From the NCBI GenBank assembly GCA_008632985.1, contig QPGO01000286.1:1-64000 (forward strand): a stretch of DNA of 64,000 nt, in the 5' to 3' direction. Position numbers and translations under genes: made by a program. Positions 13,091-26,111 of the stretch are shown here, one piece after another. Under the pieces are notes generated by a model, which saw only the letters and a list, made by a program, of their open reading frames with translations, did no database searches and was not told where the DNA came from. The stretch comes from Psammoneis japonica (taxonomy: Eukaryota). Numbering within the stretch: the first letter of the stretch is position 1; each line of letters begins with the position of its first letter.

Positions 13091-13637
13091 ACAGAAAAAA
13101 CCTGAATTCTGTGTTTAAGGTGCTGTTGCACTTCCACCCCACAACTCTGGCAACAAGCTAACCCACACCCCCAGCACACCTCCGTGCAGCAGGGGTGCAC
13201 AACAATTTGTCAAGATTGATGCCACAAGGCTGTGGTGCCCACCAGGAATGGCTGGCAGAACCAAAAACATGCCACCAGCAAAATGAAGCTTGAGCAGCAA
13301 AGTGCTCGACACTGCAGTTGGGCCTTCTTCTTGGGATCCAAATTGGTGACAAAGGTGAAATGGGCAGTGTGGAAAAGTTTCAACTGGAGGATGAGTGGGG
13401 CACAAATGATTGACCACCAACTCAAATTGAACTGGTCTCAAATTCAGACTTCTGAGAGTGGCAACAACCAAGAATTGTTTGCCACATGGAGCGGAGAACT
13501 TGGGTGGGCAACAGGCAGAAGAGGGGGGTTGTTGACATTGGAGATGCATGGATCAAGAGCAGTCAATGGTTTGGTGAGTCGATCGTCCAAAATGACCTTC
13601 ATGACATGCAGAAAATGCACTGAAACCTGTGTGGACT

Positions 13638-13985
13638 TGTCAGCACACGTGAAGGAAAATGAAGATGACTGGGTGGAAGAAAACAATGACTCCTTGCTGC
13701 TGTCTAAATGGCAGATGAGTCTCCTTGCAGAGACCGTTGCAGGAGCTGAAAGACTGGTGTCGTGACATCTGCGCTGCTGCTGTCACTGTTCTTGTGAGCC
13801 ATGTGGCTTGAAAGCAAACTGCACTGCACAACGCGTGCGGAACTGAGAGCGCACACAATTGTGTGTGACAAACTAAAATCTTGCTCAAATCCTGTCACTC
13901 CCCATTTTGCTTGAGCGGTCAACAGTGACAGATTCGAGGTCAGACACAGGTTGAAAGCCTTGGGATCGAAGCTCCAAAACACATC
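13638..13985 (-). mobile_element. Copia 3' LTR copy 2 (13638-13897) with PPT and pol tail
   Basis: Reverse complement of ~655-981, including GGGGAG|TGACAGG and FWSFDPKAFN. Confidence 0.9.
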
Positions 13986-16900
13986 CCCAGTGTGTGCTTC
14001 CCAGTTGAAGAAAAGTGAAACTGGGATTTGACCTTCTTCTAAATGTTGACAGTCCCGGTCATTCGACACTCCCATTGCCCATCTACGATCAATTGTCTTT
14101 AAATGAATGGGCCTGCAGGTCACAACTCACCAAACAATCAAAAGCTGTCATTGTCGCAGCTTGCCAAAGACCGCCAACAAATGGCACAGAAAATCGCTGA
14201 AAATGCTCCTAGTTGAAGAAAAATGCACCAAGGTCATACGAACAATTACGCACAATTTCTGCCTGCGTCAACATCACCGTAAAATGTTCAGTGCATGCAC
14301 TTGTCGTGCGCAACCATTCGCGCATTTTTTGATGTCCGCGTCCCTCCTGCGTGCGTTTTTTTTTCAGAAAAACACCTCATGAATCGTGATTCTGAGTTGC
14401 ACTTTTGTTCACAGGCTCGTCATGTGCAACTACGAAATGGTCATTTGTGCAACTACAAACCATCACAACAATTGACAAATTAAGACAAAATGGGTCATTT
14501 CAGTCATTGCACAAATGTTTGAAAATTTTGATGAGAAGAAACCAGGCATGAATGTAAGATGAGTCATGTTTGTTTTGCTTGCAGAAACCACCAAAAATGC
14601 TTCACTCACCATGACAACAACAACCGTCACCGCTGAAATCACAAGCACACCTGCCTCCTCCTCACCAAGCACAAACTGTCAATGCATTGCACACGAATGC
14701 CCGGTCTGCATTGGATGTGCTGCAGTCTTCGTTGGTGACCCAAAATCAAACCTTGAATCACTGCAGCCTTTGCACCTCCAGAGCTTTCTTGTTCTTCATT
14801 GTGACCACCTTCCATCCTGCAGAGTCCCTTGGCAAATGTCTCAATGCCATGGTTGCTCTTGGTCTTTGTCACTTCAACACTTTCAAGATCTTGACAATCC
14901 TCCATTTCAATGCGGCTGCGGGCCTGTTTTGGTTTCAACGCAAATGGTTGCAAGTCAGAGTGAGCATTTTGTTTGCAAATCACACAATGAACAGATTCTT
15001 CCCCACTCCTTTCTCGCCTTTTGCCATTGGCTCCACTCTTGTTGAATGTCGTCATGGTGCTGCAGTTGCGGGTTTGCGCTCAACTCGTTCGAAAGTGCGA
15101 GAAATGAGCGAGGGTCCAAGTTTGCTGGCTCTTGTTTTTGAACAAGCTGCATGTCCATCTGACAATTTACAGTTTTGCACAACCACAGCATTGGCATTTC
15201 TGTTCAATGGCCACTTGCCAAATTGCAGTCTGCTTGGATGGTTCAATCGCTCATTTCCTGTGTTCAATCCGGAGGACGGAGAAAGCCAATCTTCCTGAAC
15301 GGACTGGATTCAAAATTTCCCGGGCAATGCAAAACAAAGTGTCGCTGCAAAGCAATTGTTTGAACTGTCAAAAATGTGCTGCAACAATGGTTTCTGTGGG
15401 ATTTGGCTTTGGCAGGAAATTTTGGTTTTGGCGGGAAACTTCCCTCCGACGTGGCCCCGATTCCCTGTCCGCATTGGCCTCACCTTTTAAGCTTCCTTTC
15501 CACAATTCTTTGTTTCTGACCATGTTGCATGGTCTCTTGTTTGCATTTGCACTTGGCTCCTTTTGGCCCCTCATGCCTGATGGTGGGAAGCCGCCCTTGC
15601 CATCTCCTGGCACAAGGATCAAGAAGGTGGCAACCGGGGTGGCTGTCGGTCATGGCTGGGATGCACGCAAGGCTGCCACGGAGCCCAGAGACTTTCTCTC
15701 TCCACAAACCAAGGCTTTCATGGAGAGAGTTGACTTTGTCACAGATGCTGCAGAGCTCATGCCCTCTCCCAAAGCCGAGCAACTCGTTCGATTTTGAGTG
15801 TGATTTGTGTGTCTTTTAGTGCATGTGGCATTTTCAAACAAAACACTTGGACAATTTGACTTTTACAGGCTTCTAGAGTGTGAACATTTAAATGATTTTT
15901 TGAGGGTTGTTCAATTCCTCATGGGATGTGCATCACAAACTTCCTCAGTGGACTCAATGCTGATTGTACCCTGCGTCAGCAGATTTGTGGTGAGATTTCT
16001 TTGCAGGTAGAAAACCCACCAAGTGGCATCGCAGAAAGACACATTTAGGCAATGTCCAAGTGACGGCAACATTTTCGCCGAAAATCATCCGTTGTGTTAC
16101 GAATCTTTTCAATCGTCCAGCCACGCAGGTAGCTCTTCATAAACTGTGCAGGAAATGTGCTGGAACTTGTGTGGAATCCCACAATGACACAATTCCATTT
16201 CTGTGACGACAAGCAGAAATGAACGGTCCAACATGGCACAACATGGCACAAGTTGCACAATGACACGAAAGAGGGAATCCTCTTCATTTCCTTCATTCCA
16301 CTCAAATGATCCCGATTTGGCATGTCGCACTGTAAGAAACGGCCATGCACATTGCACTTTGATGTGTCTCGGCATGGCAAACATCGTGGGGCAGACGCAT
16401 TTTGCATGTGTGATCTCTTTCTGTCGCTGTCATGAAGAGCTTGACACACTGGCTTGGTTTCCTGGGGGGCTTTAGTTGCAACACACGGTGCAAACGGTTG
16501 CGTGCATCGACTCGTGCTTCGATTGCTGCACGCTGCGGGTGACATCTGAATGGTCAACAACGTTGCCGAGGTAAGTTCTTCATGCGTTTTCTCATTTTAT
16601 TTCGTTTTCCTATTTGCCAAAGACCATTGTTGTTTTTTGTTGCTGCATGCAAGGTGGATTGATCGTCTCACATGGTCGATTATGACATCTGTGATGTTGG
16701 CATGTTTTTCAAGTCGTTGGTGCCGCCAAAGCGCATCCGTTTGGGATCTTTGTGCTTCACCCCACTCTACATCCTTTGGTGCACCCATTGTGCATGTTAA
16801 TGTGGACTTGTGGGGCGCTTGATGTCCTTCTTGGGGGCTTGGTCAGCACACAATCACGGCATGTCGTGTTTCTGCCGTCACAATTTTTGGAAAGTGCATG

Positions 16901-18099
16901 CCGTGGGGAACAAAACAATGCAATGGAGCCTGGAGGACACTTGCGATGTTGGCAATTGTCAGACAGTCTTGTCACAGTCCAAAAAAGGTAATCCTGTGAG
17001 TGTGCTCTAATTGTTTGAGCATTGGACTCGTTTTGACGAAACTTGCACACCTCACGAGCCTTTTTTTGTGCGTCTCGTTCATGCGTGCAGGTGCTTGGTC
17101 TATGTCAACCCTTTCTTTCTACTGTGCAATGGAATTGTCTTCACAGTCAAAGACAAGATGTTGTCCACGTTATTTTGGGAGATCTTGGCAGTGTGACGAC
17201 CAGTCCAGGCTTTGCAGTGGGTAAAATGGGGAGGTTGAGGCTTGTGTTGGCGGGCTCATTGCCTCCTCTTGGATGCACGGATGCCACGAACCGCTGGTGG
17301 TGCTTGGGGGTGTAAAAGTTGGTGAGGCGACCCAGCTCTCTCTCTAAAAGGTGCCCTGATGAGCACACTGTGGTGTGTGATCCCAATGGATTGTCACTGC
17401 GTGCGTTGTTCCACTCACATTTTCATTTTGCCTGTCATTTTCCAGTGTGAATGTCTTTGACTGCCAAAGGTTACAATGGCTTCCTGGGCCAATGTTCTGC
17501 ATGACATAAGTCTTTTGATGCCATTTGTTGTTTTGGGGAAATTTGTTTCTGAAACATTCAGTCTACAGAGAGGAAATGGACAGAAAAATGTGGGACCGGC
17601 TGAAGAAAAGTGATGAAATGTTTGGCGAGCATGCTGTTGTGTGTCGACTGTGGAGTTAGTCAGCTGTGGGTGTGAGCTTTTTCTGCATTTCTGTGAGCAA
17701 TAAAGCAGCAGATAATGCATTTGGACAGCTCATGGTGTGTCACTGTTCTTTAGAGTGTTTGCCAGAGCTGCGACTGCGTCAAAAGCGCCAATCGTCTGGG
17801 CATCGTGCGTGAGCGTTGAACGCATTGCAAGCACTGCGAGCGCCTCTCTCTCTTCCTCCTCCTTTTCCTCTTCTTTTTTTTCACAAACTCGGAGCTGCCC
17901 ACGTGACTGGACATGTGCCGAAAAACACAGACAGCACAGTGACAATGACATTGCAACACTCACACGAGTCTTGTCAGTGTTGCAAAACATTTGCATTTGT
18001 ACAAATCTGTGCTTTTGGTGGTGAAAGTTCGATTGCAAGTTGGGGACCGCGCAAAAATTGCGCAAATGTCGTTTTTGTGCACGGTTTGGTTCACATGCG

Positions 18100-20523
18100 G
18101 CTGGAACACATCAGCTGAAGCTGACGATTCTAGCCCTGCTCTTGGTTCGCACCCTGGAGATTTGTTCCCCTCCTTCGCAGCCGCCCAACAATTTCTTGGC
18201 CCAGACGCTAAAGCTGACCACAATGACAACAATTTCAAGAAGAAGAAAGATCCTTCTGTTCCTGCAGTGAGCAAGTTTGGCTGCAAAAAACCGGGTTGTC
18301 GCTTCAAAGCGAACATTGTCGCTGCACCGTTGACTGGCCCCTGCAAGTTGGAAGTGACATGTGGCCATGACGGTCACAATCCCAGAACTTGGCGGGAGCA
18401 CATTCTCGCAAAAGGCTTGAGGGGTCTTCCTCCTGTTGTAAAACTGCATGTGAAGCTCATGATGGAAAGTGACCCGAACGCACTGCCGAAGGACACACAG
18501 AGAAAAACTGTGGACCACTTTTCAAAATCGGAAGATCCATCTGCATCCGAGTTGTTCGAAATGCAGGATCTCCGCGACAAGGTTTCTAACAAAATTTGCC
18601 TCTGCATCACACAGAGATGAAGAGAGGTGGCAACAACGGCACACCCTGCATCCGAAAACTCTCTTGAAGACAGAAAAGCATGCAACACAAAAATGTCACA
18701 CACACAAGCCCTGGTTTCCTGCTGTCAGAAATGGGGTTTGCGGGTTCCAGAGGGTTTCGATGCAGAGCCCATTTCTTTGGAAGTCCACATGAAAGAAAAG
18801 GCAAAATGGCTGCATGCAAGGGGTGTAAAAGGCAAGCGCAACAGCAAAAATGGGGTGCCACACACGGACATGTTCTGCTTGCTCCAGCCGGATGACTTGC
18901 TCAGCAAAGTCAAGCAACGGTTGACCGAACTGCAAGGCAAGTCGGAAGAAAGGTCTCAAAAAAGAAAAGGTCCAAAGGGTCCCTTCCTGGGAGCAAGGAA
19001 CAACACAGTTGTTTTCTCCTCCCCCGGTCTGCTGCAAAACATCTGTGATTGTCACAACCTGGAGTGCCGTGTGGTTGGCACAATAGATGGAACTCATGGA
19101 GTCATCTACAATGACTTTGTTCTCATCGCATTTGGCGTGAACGACTTTTCGAAATGAGAGAAAACAGGAAAGCATTGCTGCTCCAGCACGTTCAAGCCAA
19201 TTTGCTGCTGCTTGACCACCGGAGAGCACGAAGAAGGTGTGGTGTTGATGTTCTGTGCTTTGCAAAAGGTGGCGGCGGACTTGTTCAGGATGAACAACTT
19301 GGAGTTTGCAGGCAGACTTTGCTCAGATCACTCCCGTGCATTCTCCAATGCTTTCAAGCTGTTGTGCCCTGACAATCCCAGAGGAACATGCCATCCTCAC
19401 ATTCTCTGCAAGCTCCGCACAGATTTCATGAGGCAAGGAAACGGACAAATGCCAGAAGTGCGCAAAGGACACAACTTTCCTGTCCAGAGTTGCCATCCAT
19501 GACATGAGGATGCTCCACCGGTGCAAAACTCTAGAGTTGTTCCATGCAATGTCTGGCATGGTGCTCGAGTCATGGAGGAAGGCGGGCGAAACCAAATTTG
19601 CGGATGTGTTTGCAGAACAGTGCATCAATGACTAAAACTTTGCGAGCTGGCACCACACGTCTTTCGGGGAGCCCAGTTTGGTTCCACAGAACAACTCTCA
19701 CAAGAGGCAAGTCTGTTGTTGTTGCCCAGGATTGTTTTGATTCTTCAGGTCCATGCTCACACATGATGGTTCACAGGATGAATCTCAAAATGAAGGGCTT
19801 GCAATCCATCAATGGCTTGATTCCCCTGGGCGTGACCCTCTCCCGTGTGCTGAATGCGCTGCCCTTCCGTCCATGGTCCACACCCACACACCAGAGCGGT
19901 GCACTGTGTCATGGAGGTTTGGGATGTTGGATGAAGACAAAGCGCCAACCAACGATGTGTTGGTTGACATTGGCCGACCAGACTCAAAACGCGACATCGC
20001 GCCATGCAAACGCTGGCATCTCATCAACACTCAAGACTGCGTTGGGGAGACAATTGACAAAGTTTGAATCATGGCCTGCCACAACGTGTTGAAAGGGTTC
20101 CCCCATGGAGAATTGGCTTTGGACCACAAGTCACTGCACAAACTGACCAATGGTTTTTGCAAAGTCACAGTGACAGAGTCGGCCGATGGTACAAAACTCT
20201 TCGTTGGAGACTGCGAGGAGTTCTGCAAAACAATGAAGTGCCCACATGTCACCATCCTTCAACATGCAGATGTCATCCAATCACGGTCAACCAAGCTTCC
20301 CACCAGAAAACATGCCAGACAAGAGAGAATTGACCAAATGAAGATTGACACTGAAGCTCGTGAAGAAGAAGCATGCAAGAAGCGACGCAAGGCTGCACCA
20401 TCGAAGAAGAGCCATGCAGGCCAAACAATTCCAGCAGTGGCACCACCCATCATTTGCCCGACGGGATGGCCCATTGTTCCGTCTGCTCACTCCATTGGCT
20501 CTTTCTTGCCAACTGATTCTTGA
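18100..20523 (+). pseudogene. Mutator-like (MULE) transposase with N-terminal zinc finger and SWIM domain, disrupted
   Basis: FGCKKPGCRFKA..H..H (WRKY/FAR1-like finger), IDGTHG (first D), SDHSRAFSNAF..CHPH (second D plus CxxH), GDCEEFCKTMKCPH (SWIM). Contains stops and frameshifts. Confidence 0.85.
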
Positions 20524-22629
20524 CATGCCAACACTGCTGCTTTCATGCTGGAGATGTTTTCCTTCCGCTTTGTGAGCAGCAACACAAGCACAAATTCCCT
20601 TGTTCACCGGAGATGCTTCCACAACCAAGAATGCCCGTAGCCAAAGTTTGCATTGGACAGCAAGTGCAACAAAAAAGCTGTTGACGCATCACTTTGCTTT
20701 TGTGCAATGCACGGCATTTGCTTTTCAAACCTGCAGGAGGCAAATGATGATGATGAAGAGCACCCATGCCCTCAACAACAATGCTTTGCCAAATGACCTT
20801 GTCATCTGTCGCACAGAGGCAACCACCATCTGTGGTGCACTTGACGTTCATTGCCGTGCACAATTCCTTGTCACTCTTCATTCCCAGGTGATCAACTGCT
20901 GTGAACCTCATGACATTGGGCAATGGAAGATGGTGGTTTTTGTTTGGCAAAGTCTGAGCCACACCAATGGGATCTGATGTGATTTTGTCAGAGTGTAGCT
21001 TTGATTCTTCCAACTTGGTTCATTCCTTGTCAGATGTCTTTGCTTTAACTGTAAACTCCAAGTTCTTCCTCATGGACAACCTTGCAACAAAAGAACAGGA
21101 TTTGGTGGATGCATTGAAGGCAGCACACCATGCTGGATGACAGTCATTGTCGGACTCACCCGGTTGGGCAAAATTTTTCCTTGCATGCTTTTCAACAGGA
21201 GACAAGTCCGCAGGGTGCTGGACGACAATTGGGGCTTTCCCTGGACCACACTTGCGCTCAAACAGATTGCAATTTGCAATGTAACTGTCACTGCCACTCG
21301 CAACAGTGTCGTGACTGTCCTTTGTGAACAAACACACACACTCCTTGCCTTCAAGCCACGCAATGTCCAGCTCTGCCAAAATGGCCACAACCACCTGACA
21401 CAGCTGATCCTTTCATTCAATGTTGATGCCCATCTGTTGGAACTTCTTTGTGGATTGTTTGCTGCCGGGCAAATGCAAATTGACAATTCCCAGATCATGC
21501 TGCTTGTTGTTGCCAACACAGGCGAGGATCAACTTTTGGGTTTTCAACTTGTCACTGGATTGAAATGAATTGGAGACTTCGTTCACCAACTTGTGATGTG
21601 GGCATCCTTTGGCAGGTGGACAATGTGTGGCAGGTGTGATTGTGTGGTGTGGCAATGGCACATTGTTGCAGCGATCAACAATCAAATGGGCAGCCTTGTC
21701 CATCTCCCACATTCAATGGCAGCAGTTTGAGTTGGATCCCTTCCAAAACACAGTCACCGGAAACAACACATTTGTGTGCAACACTTCACAATGGATGTGG
21801 GTCCACACACTCATGATTGGACTCCATTTCTTGCAACCAAAGCCATTGAGGTGATGGAGAAGGCACTCAGGCAGTGTCATGCTTCCATCCAATTTGAGTG
21901 TCAGTGGAACAATCGACATGCCCTCGGCGAATGCATCTTTACAAATTTGTTGGGCAAAATCGTTCAGCCGGTTGGGGTGCAATGATTCATCAATGACTGG
22001 AATCCCAGGGAAAGCGGCTTCCCAGAGGTCCTCAAACAACTGACCCAGCTTGGCCATTGGAGGTGTGTGGCGCTTGGTGCCTTTGTTGAAGGAAGCAGCA
22101 GCAGCATGCCCAGAAATGGCAGGAGCTGCACGTCGGTCACTCCAGCAAGAACAACCATTGTGTCCTGTGGGATTGGTCGCCATCATGGGAGAACCGGCAG
22201 TGGATGGGCCAGCGGATGCCAGGGAAGCAGCAGCATGCCTGGAAATGGTGGGAGCTGCGCATTGGTCACTCCAGTGAGAGCGACAATTGGATGATGCAGA
22301 ATTGCCAGCCATTGCTGGAGAATCATTGGCAGATGGGCCAGCAGAATCAGTGGAACCAGCAGCAGCAGACCCAGCAATTGCCTTGACTTGGTTTGGGTCA
22401 CTCCAACAAGAATGACAACAAAGTGCTGGTGCTTTTGTGTCCATCGAGGGGGTGCCAGCGGCAGACAGGCTTGTGTGGCCAAAAGCAGCAGCAGGACTTG
22501 AAACAAAAGCCGGACCCTGATGTTGGTTCTTTGGCAGTTGGCCCCATCATGAAAGCCACTTAGAGCGATTGGCATGGGTGGGGGCACCACAGTGGTTGCT
22601 CATTGCACTGTGCCAAACGTCAAAGCAGG

Positions 22630-23160
22630 AACAATGCAAAAAACACAAACAGAAAGGAATGGCAGAAATAAGAAAAGAAAGAGAATGGGCAAAGGAGTGA
22701 GCAACAAAAACAAGAAACAAGAGAGAAAACAAAAAGAGAGAGCAAGCAAAAATGCAGGCAGCAAGAAGCAAGAGAAAACAAAGAAGAGAGAGAAAGCAAA
22801 AGCACAGATGGCAAGAAGCAAGAGGAGACAAAGAAGAAAGAGCAAAAAACGACAGGCACAAAGCTGCAGATGGCAAGAAGCATGAGGAAACAAAGAAGAA
22901 AGAGCAAAAAATGACAGGCACAAAGCTGCAATGGCGCCAACCGTGCAAAAGCATTGATGGCGCTGAATGGGAACGAACAGTGAAAAAGAAAGAGAATTGA
23001 CAAAAGAGAAAGGAAAGCAAAAAAGAAAGAAAGGCAACAATGAAAGAGGAGCAGTCCTGTTGACAAAGGACCATTGGATGTGGTGCATCACATCTGAGCA
23101 GACTGAAAGTGAGAAAGAAACAACAAACAACAACAACTGCAACAACAAGAAACGTCAAGT
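22630..23160. repeat. Purine-rich low-complexity tract with a ~60-bp imperfect tandem unit
   Basis: cagatggcaagaagca..gagg..acaaagaagaaagagcaaaaaa.gacaggcacaaagctgca recurs. Confidence 0.7.
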
Positions 23161-26111
23161 TGTGCAGATGCGGTGTGCCGTGTGGATGTGGAGTGATGTT
23201 TTTCGTCTGCAGCAAAACACCACTGGTTCGACCGCAGCAGGAGGTGGTGCATGCTGTCGCCAATGGAAAATCTCCAACAGAAATTGTCAACGGAAACCAG
23301 CACATCCATGAACATTGATTTGGGCGAACAAAAGGGTTGACAACCGTTGTCAAGATGTGTGCAAAATTGTGCAAGAACATGCACCAGGAGAATGATTGAA
23401 GGAAAGAAATGTTCAGCACAACTGCATTTGGGAGACCGGCCGGTCCGGACAGGCCCCGGACCGGACTGGTGACGCAGGGCCCCAAGCAATTTTGTAAAAA
23501 TGATCCAATTGTTTTGCAAGACCTGCACAAACAATTGCAGTCATTTCACCAGGCTCAGCATGTGACGTCAAGATTGCATGCCATGCAGTGCCGGACATCG
23601 GGATTCCATCTCAGGATTCCCTTTCAAGTGGCTTCGCTGCAACCACACGCGAGAAGAACAACCACAACAACAACAACAACAGCACCGCCGTCATTGTTGG
23701 CATTGTCAGCCTGTTCTGCATTGCATCACAATGACCAGTCCAAAATGCCGAGAGACCCTGTTGTCAATTCCACAGCCACTCTTGGGATGGCTGCAATGGG
23801 GGCTTCCAATGAGCTCACCTCTGACGCTTTTGCTCAGCAGTCAAGATTGGTGCGTGACATGCACAATGACCTGGGCGACAAAGACGACAACACAAAGAAA
23901 GCAATGAAAGTGCAAGTTTTGGTCAAACCCTTGTCACACCTGTGTTTTGATGATGTGTTTTGACCAAAGTTTTTGTCTGACCCTCTCCCCTGTTTTAATT
24001 AAATTGTTCTGGCAGACATGAGAGCCAGTTCTGCACAATGTGCGACCACAAGCATGCCTCATTGGGAGACACCAAGCATTTGATTGATGAGCAAACAGCC
24101 TTCATTTGCCTGTTCCATTTTGCCTTTTGCCCACAAAAGAAGAGGGGCAGGGCAAAGAAGGGAGAGACCAGGCCAATCTTTGATGCTGAGCTCTTTGAAA
24201 GGGTGACAGCCAGCAATCCCTTGACTGATGCAGTGGACGTTCCAAACAAGACTGAATTGCTTGACCAGATGGAAGCTGGTGTCAGTGAACCCAACAAGCT
24301 GTGCCAGTGGGATGTTGTCAACCAGGCTTGTGCATCCCTCAGACGACTCTTTGTTCATCAGCTTGAAACATGTGGCAGAGATCCTGCTGTGTTGCTTTGT
24401 TGTGAAAATTCCAGCCGCATCAGACATCTTAAGAGCCTTGTCAAGTCCAGGAAAGCACAAGAGAAATGGAAACGGATGGATGAGAAGGTGAGTCTTAATT
24501 AAAATGTGTTTCACATTTTTGTTTAATTAAAACCGCTGACCTGTGCTGTGTTGTCCACCTCAAACCCGGTCAGGTTTCTGGCGACGTGTCGCCCTGCCTG
24601 GCCCATGAGCATTTCCCAGAGTTGGAGGAGGGTTGCTGGGAACATTCTTCTGGGACATTGCTGAATGGAACAGTTGCTCTGCGCAACCGTTTCTTCATGC
24701 TGCACACAAAGCAAGCCATTTCCTGTGGGGAGTCTCCCCTCAAGGCTGACCTGAGTGATCTTTGCAGCTTCAGTTGTCAGGCAAGGAAGGAGGAACAGGC
24801 CTGCCTGATGCTCATCATGCAGATGTTCACAGGCAAAACCAGTGGTGAAAGCATGCTGTTTGGCCATGTCGTGCGACACAGAGATGTGAGAATGGACTCC
24901 ATTGGTGCATTGGGTCTTTATCTGCTTGGTGCGCATCCAACCATGTCTGATTGTTTTGGCTTTACAAAACGTTTTAATTGAACAAACTGTTGCTGGAATT
25001 CTTTTTGAATGCAGGATGCTTTGAGATCAGCAAGGGATGGGAGAAGATTGATCTCAAACGGAAGGGAACGTGGTGGAACATCAAGCTCCTTGTGGACGTT
25101 CAGAAGGCTGGCACATCCTCTGGAGACAGTGCCGATTCACCCAACACACAGCACATGTCTCCGTCATCTTACACTGCTTGGTTTGGTCATTTGAAAGAAC
25201 GGCTTGACCTGCTCATCAACTGCAGTTTGCACTTTGGACGTGTTGGAGGCACAATTGAGTTAGAGTTGGAGGAGCTGGAGTCTTGTCTCATCAAAGCTCT
25301 TGGAAATTGGGACCCAAGTGTGTTTGATGCTCGCTGCTCCACAAAGCTGCCCTTGAAGGTGAGTCGTTGCACTTGCGGTGTGGCCTGTTTCACTTTTAAT
25401 TAAAACTCACATTTTGTTTTAATTGAACAATTCCAGGCGATGAGGGTTGCAGCTGGCTTCGCAAAGGAGCCTGGAACCTGCTTTGTTTCACGTGCCCTCT
25501 GTCAGCCTTCAGATGAATTGCAGAAGGAGATCTTTCCTTGGCTGGAAGGCATGGCGGAAGGAGTGACTTGCCGGGAGCACCCCGCAGCACATGCCTTTGT
25601 TGGACTCTTGAAACAGTTGCATGTTGTCATCCTCCAAGATGCGGCGGCGTTGATGCTGCTGGGCCACACCCACGCCTTGTTTGAGCTTCCTGTTTTCATG
25701 TCAGCTGGATTTTTGTTGTTTGAGGATCAAATGAAGGTTTGCTTGGAAAAGGCACCCCCTTGCCCTGATGCTGGAGAGATCCATGGGGTGTTGGAGCAGA
25801 TTCAAAACTTGCACCAGGACAACCAACGCAGCCACCAGGAGCTGTTGTCCGCAGTCAATGGGTCCATTGACTGCAACAGAACGATGATGAACAATTTTGC
25901 CTTTGCCATTAGAAATTCGCTGCGTGCAGCTGGAAATGAGTTCAACAATTTGACCCTGGAGCGGTCTCCTCCACTGGCTGGGCAGCCATCACGCCAGCCA
26001 GCAATTGGTGAGTGCTGCATGTCATGCTGTTTTAATCAAACGTCATTTTAAATGTTGTTTTGGTTGAACATTGTTCTGACCAATTTGCGTGTTTAATTGA
26101 AATCATTTGCA

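Noticed and set aside
14000..17700. Degenerate TpA-depleted sequence, probably TE-derived (similar at 46460-50400 and 51550-54000)
   Set aside because: No motif, terminus or TSD could be identified reliably.
20543..22444. Possible Ulp1-like protease companion gene of the MULE
   Set aside because: Only a weak LFPV..H resemblance; no convincing catalytic QxNxxDCG motif.
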